This document shows positions 17,253 to 25,974 of a stretch of DNA of 64,000 nucleotides, in pieces; within the stretch, counting starts at the first letter, position 1, and each line of letters opens with the position of its first letter. The translations under genes and the position numbers were made by a program. Location: contig SYIT01000074.1 in the NCBI GenBank assembly GCA_005798685.1, forward strand, positions 27,639 through 91,638. Reading direction: 5' to 3'. The notes under the pieces were generated by a model. That model made no database searches. It had not been told where the DNA came from and saw nothing but the letters and a program-made list of their open reading frames with translations. The stretch is from Actinomycetota bacterium (lineage in GTDB: Bacteria > Actinomycetota > Thermoleophilia > Solirubrobacterales > Solirubrobacteraceae).

Positions 17253-19004
17253 CTAGCTGCGCGAAGCTGGACAGCGGTCGTTCCAGACGTACAGGTGAAC
17301 TGGCCGACCGTCGGGAATAGTGATCTTCCGGCTGTCGTAGCACCGGGTCAGCAGTGGCGTCAGGTCAGGGAGCCGCGCTTTGAGACTTTCAGTCTTCGTC
17401 GTCCATCCTGGCGTCGTGAACTTCGGCCCTAACGCCTCGACGATGCACATTGGGGGTTGCTGCTCAAGCTCACTAGCAAGCCGGTCGCGGTATGTCCCTT
17501 GAAGTTTGGTGTTTTGGAGAATCCAACCGGGCCCGAGGTATCGCGAAGCTGGTATCCAGTCATAGTTGGCGTAAAACTCAAACGCGGCGCCCCACACGAG
17601 CACGGAGGAGCCGGTCGGACAAGCCTCGGCAAGCTGATCCACGGAGGTGGCCGGGGCGGCCGGCAGTGGGTTCACGAGCGAATCGATATTGCGATAGATC
17701 GGCCCGCCTGCCGCGCTGGCGACCGCCAACGCGCTGATCACTCCCACCAGCGCCAGTGGTAGCCAAGTTGCGTTCCTGCCCGACCGGTCAGGGTCGGCCC
17801 CGATCGCAAGCCGCGAACCGAGAACCGCCGCGATCGCGCCGCCGCCGTATAGGACATTGGCGTAGTGGGGGAAAAGCGGGAAGGTGAAGAAGACCGTTGC
17901 TGCGCCGGCCAGGATTGGGATGATCCAAACGGCGGCAGCTGCAGCCGTTGCGGTTCGGCCGCGGCTGGCTCTGACTGCGACCACGCCGGCAAGGCCCGCC
18001 AGCGACCAGAACAGAGCAAGCGGGTAAGAGAGGATGAAGATTCCGAGCGGCTCAAACCGCTCAAGCAGAGTGATCTGTGGCGCGCCGGTGAGCGTTTCGC
18101 GCGCGGTGAGGTAACTCCAGTTAAAGCGTGCCGGCTCGGAGATGAAGTCGTCGAGCGTCTGCCCAATCGCAATCCAGAGAACGATCAGAATGCTCGGCAG
18201 TGCAAAGCCTGCGCAAGCCACCGCTACGTCCTTGAACAGCCCCCGTGCGCCGGGTGCGTTCCATCCGCGACCGAGCAGAGCGGCGCGCATCAGCGGCGCG
18301 GCAGCGACGAGCGTCAGTGCCAGAAGTGCGCTCTGGGGTTTGGCCCAGATTGCGAGGCCCGCGACCGCAGTGGCCAGAAACACCCGCCCTAAGCTCGGGA
18401 CGCCGGCTCCCGTGATCAGAATTAGGCACGCTCCCATCAGCAGCGAGAGCGGCAGCAGCTCAGTGCCCAGTGACAGAAAATCGTAGACGCCGCCGGTGAG
18501 GTTGGGGGCGGGGATCGCCGCAAAAAGGTAGATCGTGGTCGGCAGCGTCAATAGCGCACCGCGGATCCATCCGATGTAGCGGGAAACGCCGAACCAAGCG
18601 ACGAAGCTAATCCACACGTAAGCGGCGGCAGCAAGAACGTGCGCGAAGCTGAGCGTAAGGCCGAAACCGACAGCTGAGAAGAGGCTGAGAACGAGGGGCC
18701 AGAGGAACAGGAAGGTTGGCGTGGTGTAGTCGCCGTACGGCTGCAGTCCGAGCGTCGCGCGCCTGCCCGCAGCAAGCAGCTCGGCTTCATCGGGGTTGAA
18801 TAGCGGCGAGTTATTGAACATCGCGCCGCGGCAGGCATAGACCAATACCACGAGCACCGCAAGTGCAATAAACGGAGCCAAGCGAGCTAGCCAAAGTGCC
18901 GCCCCCTGCTTATCGGCAGTTGACGTATTGCCTGGTTCGTCCACCGGCGTAGCGTAGCTAGCGCACGGGGCAGCGGCGGTCGGTCTCGCCCGCCATGCGA
19001 TCAA
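17253..19004 (-). CDS. GT-C-fold membrane glycosyltransferase (ArnT/PMT-like)
   Basis: Many TM helices. The first extracytoplasmic loop carries 'LFNPDEAELLAAGRR' (DE motif position as in PMT/ArnT). A soluble C-terminal domain follows. The exact start is uncertain. Confidence 0.65.
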   Translation of the reverse strand: MIAWRARPTAAAPCASYATPVDEPGNTSTADKQGAALWLARLAPFIALAVLVVLVYACRGAMFNNSPLFNPDEAELLAAGRRATLGLQPYGDYTTPTFLFLWPLVLSLFSAVGFGLTLSFAHVLAAAAYVWISFVAWFGVSRYIGWIRGALLTLPTTIYLFAAIPAPNLTGGVYDFLSLGTELLPLSLLMGACLILITGAGVPSLGRVFLATAVAGLAIWAKPQSALLALTLVAAAPLMRAALLGRGWNAPGARGLFKDVAVACAGFALPSILIVLWIAIGQTLDDFISEPARFNWSYLTARETLTGAPQITLLERFEPLGIFILSYPLALFWSLAGLAGVVAVRASRGRTATAAAAAVWIIPILAGAATVFFTFPLFPHYANVLYGGGAIAAVLGSRLAIGADPDRSGRNATWLPLALVGVISALAVASAAGGPIYRNIDSLVNPLPAAPATSVDQLAEACPTGSSVLVWGAAFEFYANYDWIPASRYLGPGWILQNTKLQGTYRDRLASELEQQPPMCIVEALGPKFTTPGWTTKTESLKARLPDLTPLLTRCYDSRKITIPDGRPVHLYVWNDRCPASRS

Positions 19005-19010
19005 ATGCGG

Positions 19011-19433
19011 CTAGTGAGGAAGCCGCTCCTGTTCGGGCGCGTCTGCCTGGTCGGCGCTCTCAGCCTCAACCGTCATCTCCGGCAGCGAGTCGCCGCAGGC
19101 CGGGCACGAGGCGGGGAAGAAGCCGTTGTCGCGAACCTTGAGCCAGAAGTCGGTAGATGAATCCTCCCAGTGGGCGCCGCAGGTGCGGCAGTTGACCTTC
19201 GCGACGCCAACGATCGCCGGCTCGGCTTCGATCTCGACGACCCGGTCGGGCAGCCAGATCCGCTCATAGCCGACGGTGCGCGCCCACTCGATCAGGATCT
19301 CGGTGTGCTCTTCGCGCAGGCTGCTGCCCGATACCGCTTCAACGATCAGCTCTTCAGATTCGGTGATGTAGAAATCAAGCAGCGACGCGCGGACGCGGCC
19401 GAGCTGCATTGCGGCAGGGCCGCCGGAGATCAT
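19011..19433 (-). CDS. hypothetical protein with C-terminal CxxC...CxxC zinc-ribbon
   Basis: 'CRTCGAHW...CPACGDS'. The ATG at 19433 is preceded by GGAGG with a 6-nt spacer on the minus strand. The track ORF runs to 19625, which would overlap the divergent sigma gene. Confidence 0.6.
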   Translation of the reverse strand: MISGGPAAMQLGRVRASLLDFYITESEELIVEAVSGSSLREEHTEILIEWARTVGYERIWLPDRVVEIEAEPAIVGVAKVNCRTCGAHWEDSSTDFWLKVRDNGFFPASCPACGDSLPEMTVEAESADQADAPEQERLPH

Positions 19434-19599
19434 TGAGGGCCTCCAGCAGTTGAGTGTGATCCTCCCCTGACGAATGCAGGCTCGGACGAATGGGCGTTGT
19501 TTGGACATGCTGATTAGGTCGTTTGGCGCCACCGCTTTCTGACGGCGAAGAAGTTTTGTCAGAAAAGCCTGCTGCTCTGCGACCCTTCTGTTGTAACCG

Positions 19600-20256
19600 A
19601 TGACTAAGCCATTTCTCCCACTCACCGACGAAGCGTTCTGCGATCTCTACGAACGTGACCCGCAGAAGGCGATCGCCTACATCCACGGCGCGCTTCAGGC
19701 CGGGGAGAGCGAGGCTGGCCGCAAGGCGACGCAACTGCTCGTTTATCTACAGAGCGGTTTGATCTTCTCCGTCGTCTCAGCGAAGACGCCAAAGGACCAG
19801 GTTGATGAGGTTGCCGACGGCGCGATGGTTGAGGCTGTCGCCGCCGTGCTGAAGAACCCGCCTGAGCTCGTGAACTTGAAGCAGTTCCGTGGCTGGCTGG
19901 CGAAGATTGCCGCCAATCACTCTGCCGGCATCACCCGCACCGGCGCTGAGCAGGCGCGGCGCAGCTCGCAGCCACTCGACTACGACCCCGCCGAAGGCCG
20001 CAAGTCGAACGAGCCCAGCGCCGAGGACGACCGCTATGACGCGGTCGGCGACCGTGAGATCTTTGATGCGCAGCTCGAGCTACTAAGCGAGGAGCATCAA
20101 GCGATCATCCTGCTCCGCCTGCTCGGCGATAATTCTTCCAAGCAGGTCGTTGAGATTCTCTCCAGCCAATACGGCTGGGATTACAGCGCAAACAATGTTG
20201 ACCAGATCACCCGTCGCTTCCGCGGCGAGTGCAAAAAGGCAGCCGAGGAGCAATGA
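19600..20256 (+). CDS. sigma-70 family (ECF-like) RNA polymerase sigma factor
   Basis: Region 2-like 'FRGWLAKIAANH'. Region 4 'EEHQAIILLRLLGDNSSKQVVEIL...NNVDQITRRFR'. Confidence 0.7.
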   Translation: MTKPFLPLTDEAFCDLYERDPQKAIAYIHGALQAGESEAGRKATQLLVYLQSGLIFSVVSAKTPKDQVDEVADGAMVEAVAAVLKNPPELVNLKQFRGWLAKIAANHSAGITRTGAEQARRSSQPLDYDPAEGRKSNEPSAEDDRYDAVGDREIFDAQLELLSEEHQAIILLRLLGDNSSKQVVEILSSQYGWDYSANNVDQITRRFRGECKKAAEEQ

Positions 20257-20263
20257 GAGTGAC

Positions 20264-20881
20264 ATGACCACCGCGGACAAAATGTTCAGCGACTTTCGCG
20301 CCGCTTATGAGCGCGGCGAGCGCGCCAACATGGCCGATTATCTGGCCGGGGTTGGCGCCGACGAGCGCGACGAGCTTGAAGCGCGGATCAACCGCTACCT
20401 GATCGAGGAGGCGCCACTGCGAAGCTATGACGCAGCCGAGTTTGCTCGCGAGCAGCAGACGCCGGTGATGCAGCGGGCCGCCGAGCTCTTCGACGAGGCC
20501 GCGGAGGCGAACCTGGTGGCCGCGCGCGAGCGCGCCGGAATGACGCTTGACGAGCTGGCCGCGGCCGTGCTTGAAAAGACCGGGCTAGGCGGCGGCCAAG
20601 CCGAGCAGCAGAAGGCCGCAGGTTATCTCGGCCAGCTAGAGCAGGGAACGCTGCCGCGGCTCACGGAGCGCGTCCGCGACGCCGTCCGCTCAGTGCTCGG
20701 CACCGACCCTGCCTCCAGCTTCGCTGGCCCCGAATATGGCTTCGCCTTCCGCCTCAGCGCGCGCGATGAGGCCGCCCCGGACGAGAGCATTGAGCGCGCC
20801 GAGCTGCTGCTCGACGCGATGGCAGCGCCCAGTCCGCGCGGCTGGGACGAGGTGGACGAGCTTTTCCTGTCAGAGGACTGA
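20264..20881 (+). CDS. hypothetical protein with XRE-like helix-turn-helix
   Basis: 'ARERAGMTLDELAAAVLEKTGL...AAGYLGQLEQGTLP'. The ATG at 20264 lies 8 nt after the sigma stop. The track start at 20150 is inside the sigma gene. Confidence 0.55.
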   Translation: MTTADKMFSDFRAAYERGERANMADYLAGVGADERDELEARINRYLIEEAPLRSYDAAEFAREQQTPVMQRAAELFDEAAEANLVAARERAGMTLDELAAAVLEKTGLGGGQAEQQKAAGYLGQLEQGTLPRLTERVRDAVRSVLGTDPASSFAGPEYGFAFRLSARDEAAPDESIERAELLLDAMAAPSPRGWDEVDELFLSED

Positions 20882-21649
20882 GCGGCCGAGCGCGTCCTCA
20901 ACCTGCTCGCTGCTGCTGCCGATCGCTGCGGCTAGCTCAGCAGCGTCAATCGTTCCGGCGAGGTAATCGGCGAGCGCTGAGCCGCGCGCCTCGGCCGGCA
21001 GCCGCGGCATCTGGCCTAAAGGCATTCGGCATAGGTCATCGCGGTCCTCAAGCCCAAGCCGCTCAAAGCAGCCCTTCGCTTGGTGGTCATCGATCTGCGC
21101 GTCAAGCCTCACCAGCAGGCCTTGGTCGGTAACTATCTCGGTGGTCTCAAGCCGGATCCGCGCCGCCTTCGGGCTGATCGCGAAATGGTTTGCCAGCCTG
21201 CAGACCATCTCTAGCGTCGGCGAATCGTCCTCGAGCTCGCTGATGAAGCGCTCAACCGCCGGCCGAGGAGCGATGAACTCTGCGGCAAAGCGGTTCGCCG
21301 ACGATTCGTCGGGGTCAACCTCATCATTCAGCGACGAATTTGTGTCAAAGCCAGCGCCGTGGCCCAAAAAGTGGTGGCCGAGCTCATGGGCGAGCGTGAA
21401 GCGGCGCCGCACCGCCGCGTCCTTGCCGGCGATCAAAGCGACGTTCCAGCGCGGCAGCTTGACGTAGGCACCGGCCAGCCCCTCGCCAAGCTGCGCGATT
21501 ACAACAATTAGGTCAAAGCTCTCTTCAACCGTTGTCACGATGCACTCCAGCGGCGTGTCGAGCGGCACGTTGGTCTGCGCCCGCGCCTTCAGCGCCGCGG
21601 CCGTAGCCCGCTCCCTCCTCAGCTCCTTTTCAGCCTCACTCTCACTCAC
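20870..21649 (-). CDS. ImmA/IrrE-family zinc metallopeptidase (DUF955)
   Basis: HExxH in 'FTLAHELGHHFLGH' followed by 'ANRFAAEFIAPRP'. GTG start. The 3' end overlaps the converging HTH gene by 12 nt. Confidence 0.8.
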   Translation of the reverse strand: MSESEAEKELRRERATAAALKARAQTNVPLDTPLECIVTTVEESFDLIVVIAQLGEGLAGAYVKLPRWNVALIAGKDAAVRRRFTLAHELGHHFLGHGAGFDTNSSLNDEVDPDESSANRFAAEFIAPRPAVERFISELEDDSPTLEMVCRLANHFAISPKAARIRLETTEIVTDQGLLVRLDAQIDDHQAKGCFERLGLEDRDDLCRMPLGQMPRLPAEARGSALADYLAGTIDAAELAAAIGSSSEQVEDALGRSVL

Positions 21650-21733
21650 CGTGCGCGAGCGTACATCGCGGCGGGAACGGTTACGCAGAGCTGGGCGGTC
21701 TGCGGCCTCGCCGCCTCCGTATCATTTGCAGCG

Positions 21734-22870
21734 ATGAAGAATCCAAGCCAATCAGCCCTCGGTGCCTGGTCCGGAGGCCGTTTCATACATTATGGCGAGC
21801 AGATCGGCGAGCAGCGGCTGGTAGATCTGCTCCGCCCGGGCAACGGGATTGACACGCTGATCACCGCTGACGCTTACGGCGCGGGCGCCGCCGACCTGAT
21901 CGTCGGCCAAGCCTTGGAAGGGCTCGCGCGTGAGGACTACTGTCTCACCGGAGCCGTTGGCCACGACTTCTACGAGGGCCAGCGCCGAGGAGCGAAGGGC
22001 TTCCAGCGCTTCACCGATTCAGAGCTGCGCGGCTCCGAGCAGTACGCCAGCTACCTGCGGATGGCGACCGAGAAGAGCCTTGAACGCTGCGGTGTTGACC
22101 ACTTCGACCTGCTGCTGCTGCACAACCCTGACCGCGTCGGTTACACCAGTGAGGTCGTTTGGGAAGCAATGGCGCAGCTTCGCGAAGAGGGGCTGACCGG
22201 CCGGATCGGCGTGGCGCCGGGGCCGGCTAACGGCTTCACGCTCGACATCATCGACTGCTTTGAGCGCTTCGGCGAGATGATCGACTGGGCGATGGTGATC
22301 CTCAACCCGTTCGAGCCATGGCCGAGCCGCCTCGTGCTGCCAGCGGCGCAGCGACACGACGTTTCGCTACTCGCGCGCGTCGTCGACTACGGCGGCATCT
22401 TCCACGGCGACGTCGCGCCCGGGCATCACTTCAGCGAGACCGACCACCGCCGCTATCGCCCCGGCGACTGGGTTCAGAGCGGCTCGGCGAAGCTTGACGA
22501 GCTGCGACCGATCGCTGAGCGCCACGGGCTGACGACGCTCCAACTTGCCTGCCAGTGGACGCTGGCGCAGCCGATGGTTCGCTGCGTTGCCCCGACGCTG
22601 ATCCAGGAGGAGGGCGAGGGCGCGCGCGCAATCGAAGAGAAGCGCGCCGAGCTGGCCGCGCTGCCTGCCGGGATTGTCCTCACGGGCAAGGAGATCGCCC
22701 AGATCGACGCTGTCGGCGACAACGCTGGCTGCATGGCACTGAAGGGCGCGGCACCCGATTACGAGGGTGATCCTGTAGCCGACCAGTGGCCGCTCGACGA
22801 GCAGCTCGCCGCGTTGGCCGCGCGCTGGGAGATTGACCCCGACTCGCAGCTTCGCCTGCTCCACGCCTGA
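21734..22870 (+). CDS. aldo/keto reductase
   Basis: 'LITADAYGAGAADLIVGQAL', 'DLLLLHNPD'. 378 aa. Confidence 0.85.
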   Translation: MKNPSQSALGAWSGGRFIHYGEQIGEQRLVDLLRPGNGIDTLITADAYGAGAADLIVGQALEGLAREDYCLTGAVGHDFYEGQRRGAKGFQRFTDSELRGSEQYASYLRMATEKSLERCGVDHFDLLLLHNPDRVGYTSEVVWEAMAQLREEGLTGRIGVAPGPANGFTLDIIDCFERFGEMIDWAMVILNPFEPWPSRLVLPAAQRHDVSLLARVVDYGGIFHGDVAPGHHFSETDHRRYRPGDWVQSGSAKLDELRPIAERHGLTTLQLACQWTLAQPMVRCVAPTLIQEEGEGARAIEEKRAELAALPAGIVLTGKEIAQIDAVGDNAGCMALKGAAPDYEGDPVADQWPLDEQLAALAARWEIDPDSQLRLLHA

Positions 22871-23484
22871 TGGCCGAGCTCGCGCGCCCAACCGAAGCCG
22901 CACTTCCCGAGGACCCGCTGGAGCTCTTCGCTGCCTGGCTCGGCGACGCCGAGGCAAGCGGGATGACCGACCCAAACGCGATGACGCTCGCGACCGCCGG
23001 CGATGGCGGCCGGCCCAGCGCGCGAACGGTGCTGCTCCGCGGCTTCAGCGACGAGGGCTTCCGCTTCTTCACCAACCGCACCAGTCTCAAGGGCCGCCAG
23101 CTGGGAGAGAACCCGCGCGCCCAGCTGCTCTTCTTCTGGCGCGAGATCGGCCGCCAAATCCTGATCCACGGCAATGTCGATCAGCTAAGCGATGAGGAGA
23201 GCGACGCCTACTTCGAAAGCCGCGCGCGCGAATCAAGGATCGGCGCATGGGCATCGGAGCAGGGCTCGGTAATAGAAAGCCGCGAAGAGCTGATTGGCCG
23301 CGTCGAGGAGGCCGAGCGGAGATTCGAAGGCGAAGACGTTCCGCGCCCGCCGCATTGGGGCGGCTACCTCGTAAGCCCGCAAGCAATCGAGTTCTGGCAG
23401 GCCGGCGAGTTCAGGCTGCATGACCGTTTCGTTTATCGTCGTAGTGACGGTGGCCAGTGGGTTACCGAGCGACTCTCCCCTTAA
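22870..23484 (+). CDS. pdxH: pyridoxamine 5'-phosphate oxidase
   Basis: 'RTVLLRGFSDEGFRFFTNRTSLKGRQL', 'SRIGAWASEQ', 'PPHWGGYLVSPQAIEFWQAGEFRLHDRFVY'. 1-nt overlap with the AKR stop. Confidence 0.92.
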   Translation: MAELARPTEAALPEDPLELFAAWLGDAEASGMTDPNAMTLATAGDGGRPSARTVLLRGFSDEGFRFFTNRTSLKGRQLGENPRAQLLFFWREIGRQILIHGNVDQLSDEESDAYFESRARESRIGAWASEQGSVIESREELIGRVEEAERRFEGEDVPRPPHWGGYLVSPQAIEFWQAGEFRLHDRFVYRRSDGGQWVTERLSP

Positions 23485-23501
23485 AACCCGAAAGGCCACA
23501 C

Positions 23502-24515
23502 ATGTCCGAAGGTAATCGCCGCTTCCTGCTCGCCGAACGCCCTTCAGGGCCAGTCGATGACAAGACTTTCAACCTCGTAACCGAGGACGTTCCGGCAATC
23601 GCCGACGGCGAGGCGCTGGTGCGCGTGAAGTGGATTTCGATCGACCCGACGAACCGGATGTGGATCGGCGCTGAGCCGACCTACCTGCCTCCTGTTGGCA
23701 TCGGCGAGGAGATGCGCGCGCTGGGGCTGGGCGAAGTCGTTGAATCAAAGAGCGACGACTATCCGGTTGGCGCGGTCGTCACCGGCCTGACCGGCTGGCA
23801 GGACTACATGGTCACAAGCGCCGCGATGCCTTTGATGACAGTTCCGGCCGGCATCCCCGTGGAGCCGCAGACGCTGCTCGGGACGCTCGGCATGACCGGC
23901 TGCACGGCCTACTTCGGAATGCTTGAGATCGGTGACCCGCAGGAAGGCGAAACGGTTGTCATCTCGGCCGCCGCAGGAGCGGTTGGCTCTGTTGCCGGGC
24001 AGCTCGCAAAGCAGCGCGGCGCGCGCGTCGTCGGCATCGCCGGCGGCCCTGAGAAGTGCGCGTGGCTAAAAGATGAGCTCGGCTTCGACGAGGCAGTTGA
24101 TTACAAAGCCGAGGATTGGCGCGCGCAGCTAAAGGCCGCGACGCCGAACGGGATCGACGTTGATTTTGAGAACGTCGGTGGCGAAATCATGGAGGCCGTT
24201 TTCTCGCGCCTGAACATGAACGCCCGCGTCGCTCTCTGCGGCCTGATCTCCGGCTACAACGACACAGAGCCCGCTCCAGGCCCGCGCACATTCGGCAACC
24301 TGCTGGTGCAGCGCGTGACTCTGAAGGGCTTCATCATCCTCGACTACTACGCCCGCTTTCCCGAAGCGCTTGAGGCGCTCGGCGCGATGGTCGCCGCCGG
24401 AACGCTGCGCTCCGAGGAGACCGTCGTCGAAGGCTTCGACCAGCTCCCGGCCGCGCTGAACATGCTCTTTGCCGGCGAGAACACAGGGAAGCTCGTAGTT
24501 CACATCGAAGAGTGA
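23502..24515 (+). CDS. NADP-dependent MDR-family oxidoreductase (YncB/alkenal reductase-like)
   Basis: 'MSEGNRRFLLAERPSGP', 'ISAAAGAVGSVAGQLAK'. The ATG at 23502 was chosen because track start 23457 overlaps pdxH. Confidence 0.85.
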   Translation: MSEGNRRFLLAERPSGPVDDKTFNLVTEDVPAIADGEALVRVKWISIDPTNRMWIGAEPTYLPPVGIGEEMRALGLGEVVESKSDDYPVGAVVTGLTGWQDYMVTSAAMPLMTVPAGIPVEPQTLLGTLGMTGCTAYFGMLEIGDPQEGETVVISAAAGAVGSVAGQLAKQRGARVVGIAGGPEKCAWLKDELGFDEAVDYKAEDWRAQLKAATPNGIDVDFENVGGEIMEAVFSRLNMNARVALCGLISGYNDTEPAPGPRTFGNLLVQRVTLKGFIILDYYARFPEALEALGAMVAAGTLRSEETVVEGFDQLPAALNMLFAGENTGKLVVHIEE

Positions 24516-24602
24516 GCAGGCTCTGCGCGGTTCTCAGGCTTCTTTAAGACTCGGACCCCATGATGGTGGCACCCCCCAACCATCAAGGAGTTAATTGAAA
24601 CC

Positions 24603-25205
24603 ATGAAACGCTCACTACTCACCGCCTTCGTGGCGGCCATGGCAATGACAGCGGTGCTCGCCACCGTTGGATTCGGCGCAACCAAGAAGTCGAACAAGAC
24701 TTCCAAGGGCAAGACCAACAGCGCTCAGACGCAGACCCAGACGGGCCCCCCTCCGACAATGTCGGAAATGCTCGCCAAGCGCACAGCTCAGAAGACGGCT
24801 CACCAAGCCGCCCTCGCAGCCGAGCTCGGCGTAGGCACCAAGCAGCTCTCGGACGCAATGGCCGCAGTCAAGAGCGACAAGCTCGACGCTGCTGTTGCAG
24901 CCAACAAGCTGACGGCCGCGCAGCGCACAGCGATCATCGCCTGCGAAGGCGCTGAGCTGACCTGCGACCGCTCAAACCTCCCTGCCGGTGGACCCGGTGG
25001 ACCAGGCGAGCGTGGACATCGCGGCGGCCCTGAAGGCGGCCGGGCAGCAATGGCATCGGCTCTCGCAGCGAAGCTCAACCTGCCTGAGGCAACTGTTACT
25101 GCTGCGCTGAAGAAGACAAAGCCAGCACACCCAGCCGGCCGGCAGCACGGCCCACGCGGTCAAGGTGGCCCAGCCGGCGCAGCAGGTCCGATGGGAATGA
25201 ACTAA
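24603..25205 (+). CDS. secreted low-complexity protein (signal peptide; Gly/Pro/Arg-rich segments)
   Basis: N-terminus 'MKRSLLTAFVAAMAMTAVLATVGFGA' preceded by AAGGAG. Contains 'QTQTQTGPPP' and 'GGPGGPGERGHRGGPEGGR'. No family recognised. Confidence 0.65.
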   Translation: MKRSLLTAFVAAMAMTAVLATVGFGATKKSNKTSKGKTNSAQTQTQTGPPPTMSEMLAKRTAQKTAHQAALAAELGVGTKQLSDAMAAVKSDKLDAAVAANKLTAAQRTAIIACEGAELTCDRSNLPAGGPGGPGERGHRGGPEGGRAAMASALAAKLNLPEATVTAALKKTKPAHPAGRQHGPRGQGGPAGAAGPMGMN

Positions 25206-25245
25206 GCCCGCGACGCGAGCCAGTTCAAGTGATAATGGCGGAACT

Positions 25246-25974
25246 GTGACCGAATCAAACCCGCCGATCCTTGTTGTTGATGACGAGGCTCCGATTCGCC
25301 AAGCCCTCGAGCGCGCCCTGCGCCTCGAGGGCTTCGGCGTGGAGTGCGCCTCCGGCGGGCGCGAAGCGCTTGAGGCCGTAGCGCGCCGCGCGCCGGCGGC
25401 GATCATCCTCGACGTGACGATGCCGGACCTCAACGGCCGCGTTGTTTGCGCCAGGCTGAGGGCCGACGGAGTGAAAACCCCGATCCTGATCCTCTCCGCT
25501 CGCGACGAAGTTGAAGATCGGATCGCTGGGCTGCAGGCCGGCGCCGACGATTACCTCGTCAAGCCGTTCGCCGTCGAGGAGCTTGTCGCCCGCCTCCAAG
25601 CGTTGCTGCGCCGCGCCGGCGCCGGGCAAGGGCAAGAGGCAGGCGAAGAGTTTCAGGCCGCGCTGACGGTAGGCGATCTGATCGTTGACCCATCGGCGCG
25701 AAGCGTCACCCGCGGCGGCCGCGAACTCGAATGCACGCGGCGCGAGTTTGAGCTGATCGAAGTCTTTGCCCGCAACCCCGGCATCGTGCTGGAGCGCCAG
25801 CGCCTGCTGGAACTGGTCTGGGGCTACGACTGGGTCGCCGACACAAACGTCGTCGACGTCTTCGTCAGCTACCTGCGGCGCAAGCTGGAAGAGAACGACG
25901 AACCACGGATGATCGAAACCGTTCGCGGCATCGGCTTCGTTCTGCGCGACCCTGCAGCAAGCGACGCAAAATGA
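25246..25974 (+). CDS. OmpR-family response regulator
   Basis: 'ILVVDDEAPIR', 'IILDVTMPDLNG', 'DDYLVKPF', and winged-helix 'IETVRGIGFVL'. Confidence 0.93.
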   Translation: MTESNPPILVVDDEAPIRQALERALRLEGFGVECASGGREALEAVARRAPAAIILDVTMPDLNGRVVCARLRADGVKTPILILSARDEVEDRIAGLQAGADDYLVKPFAVEELVARLQALLRRAGAGQGQEAGEEFQAALTVGDLIVDPSARSVTRGGRELECTRREFELIEVFARNPGIVLERQRLLELVWGYDWVADTNVVDVFVSYLRRKLEENDEPRMIETVRGIGFVLRDPAASDAK

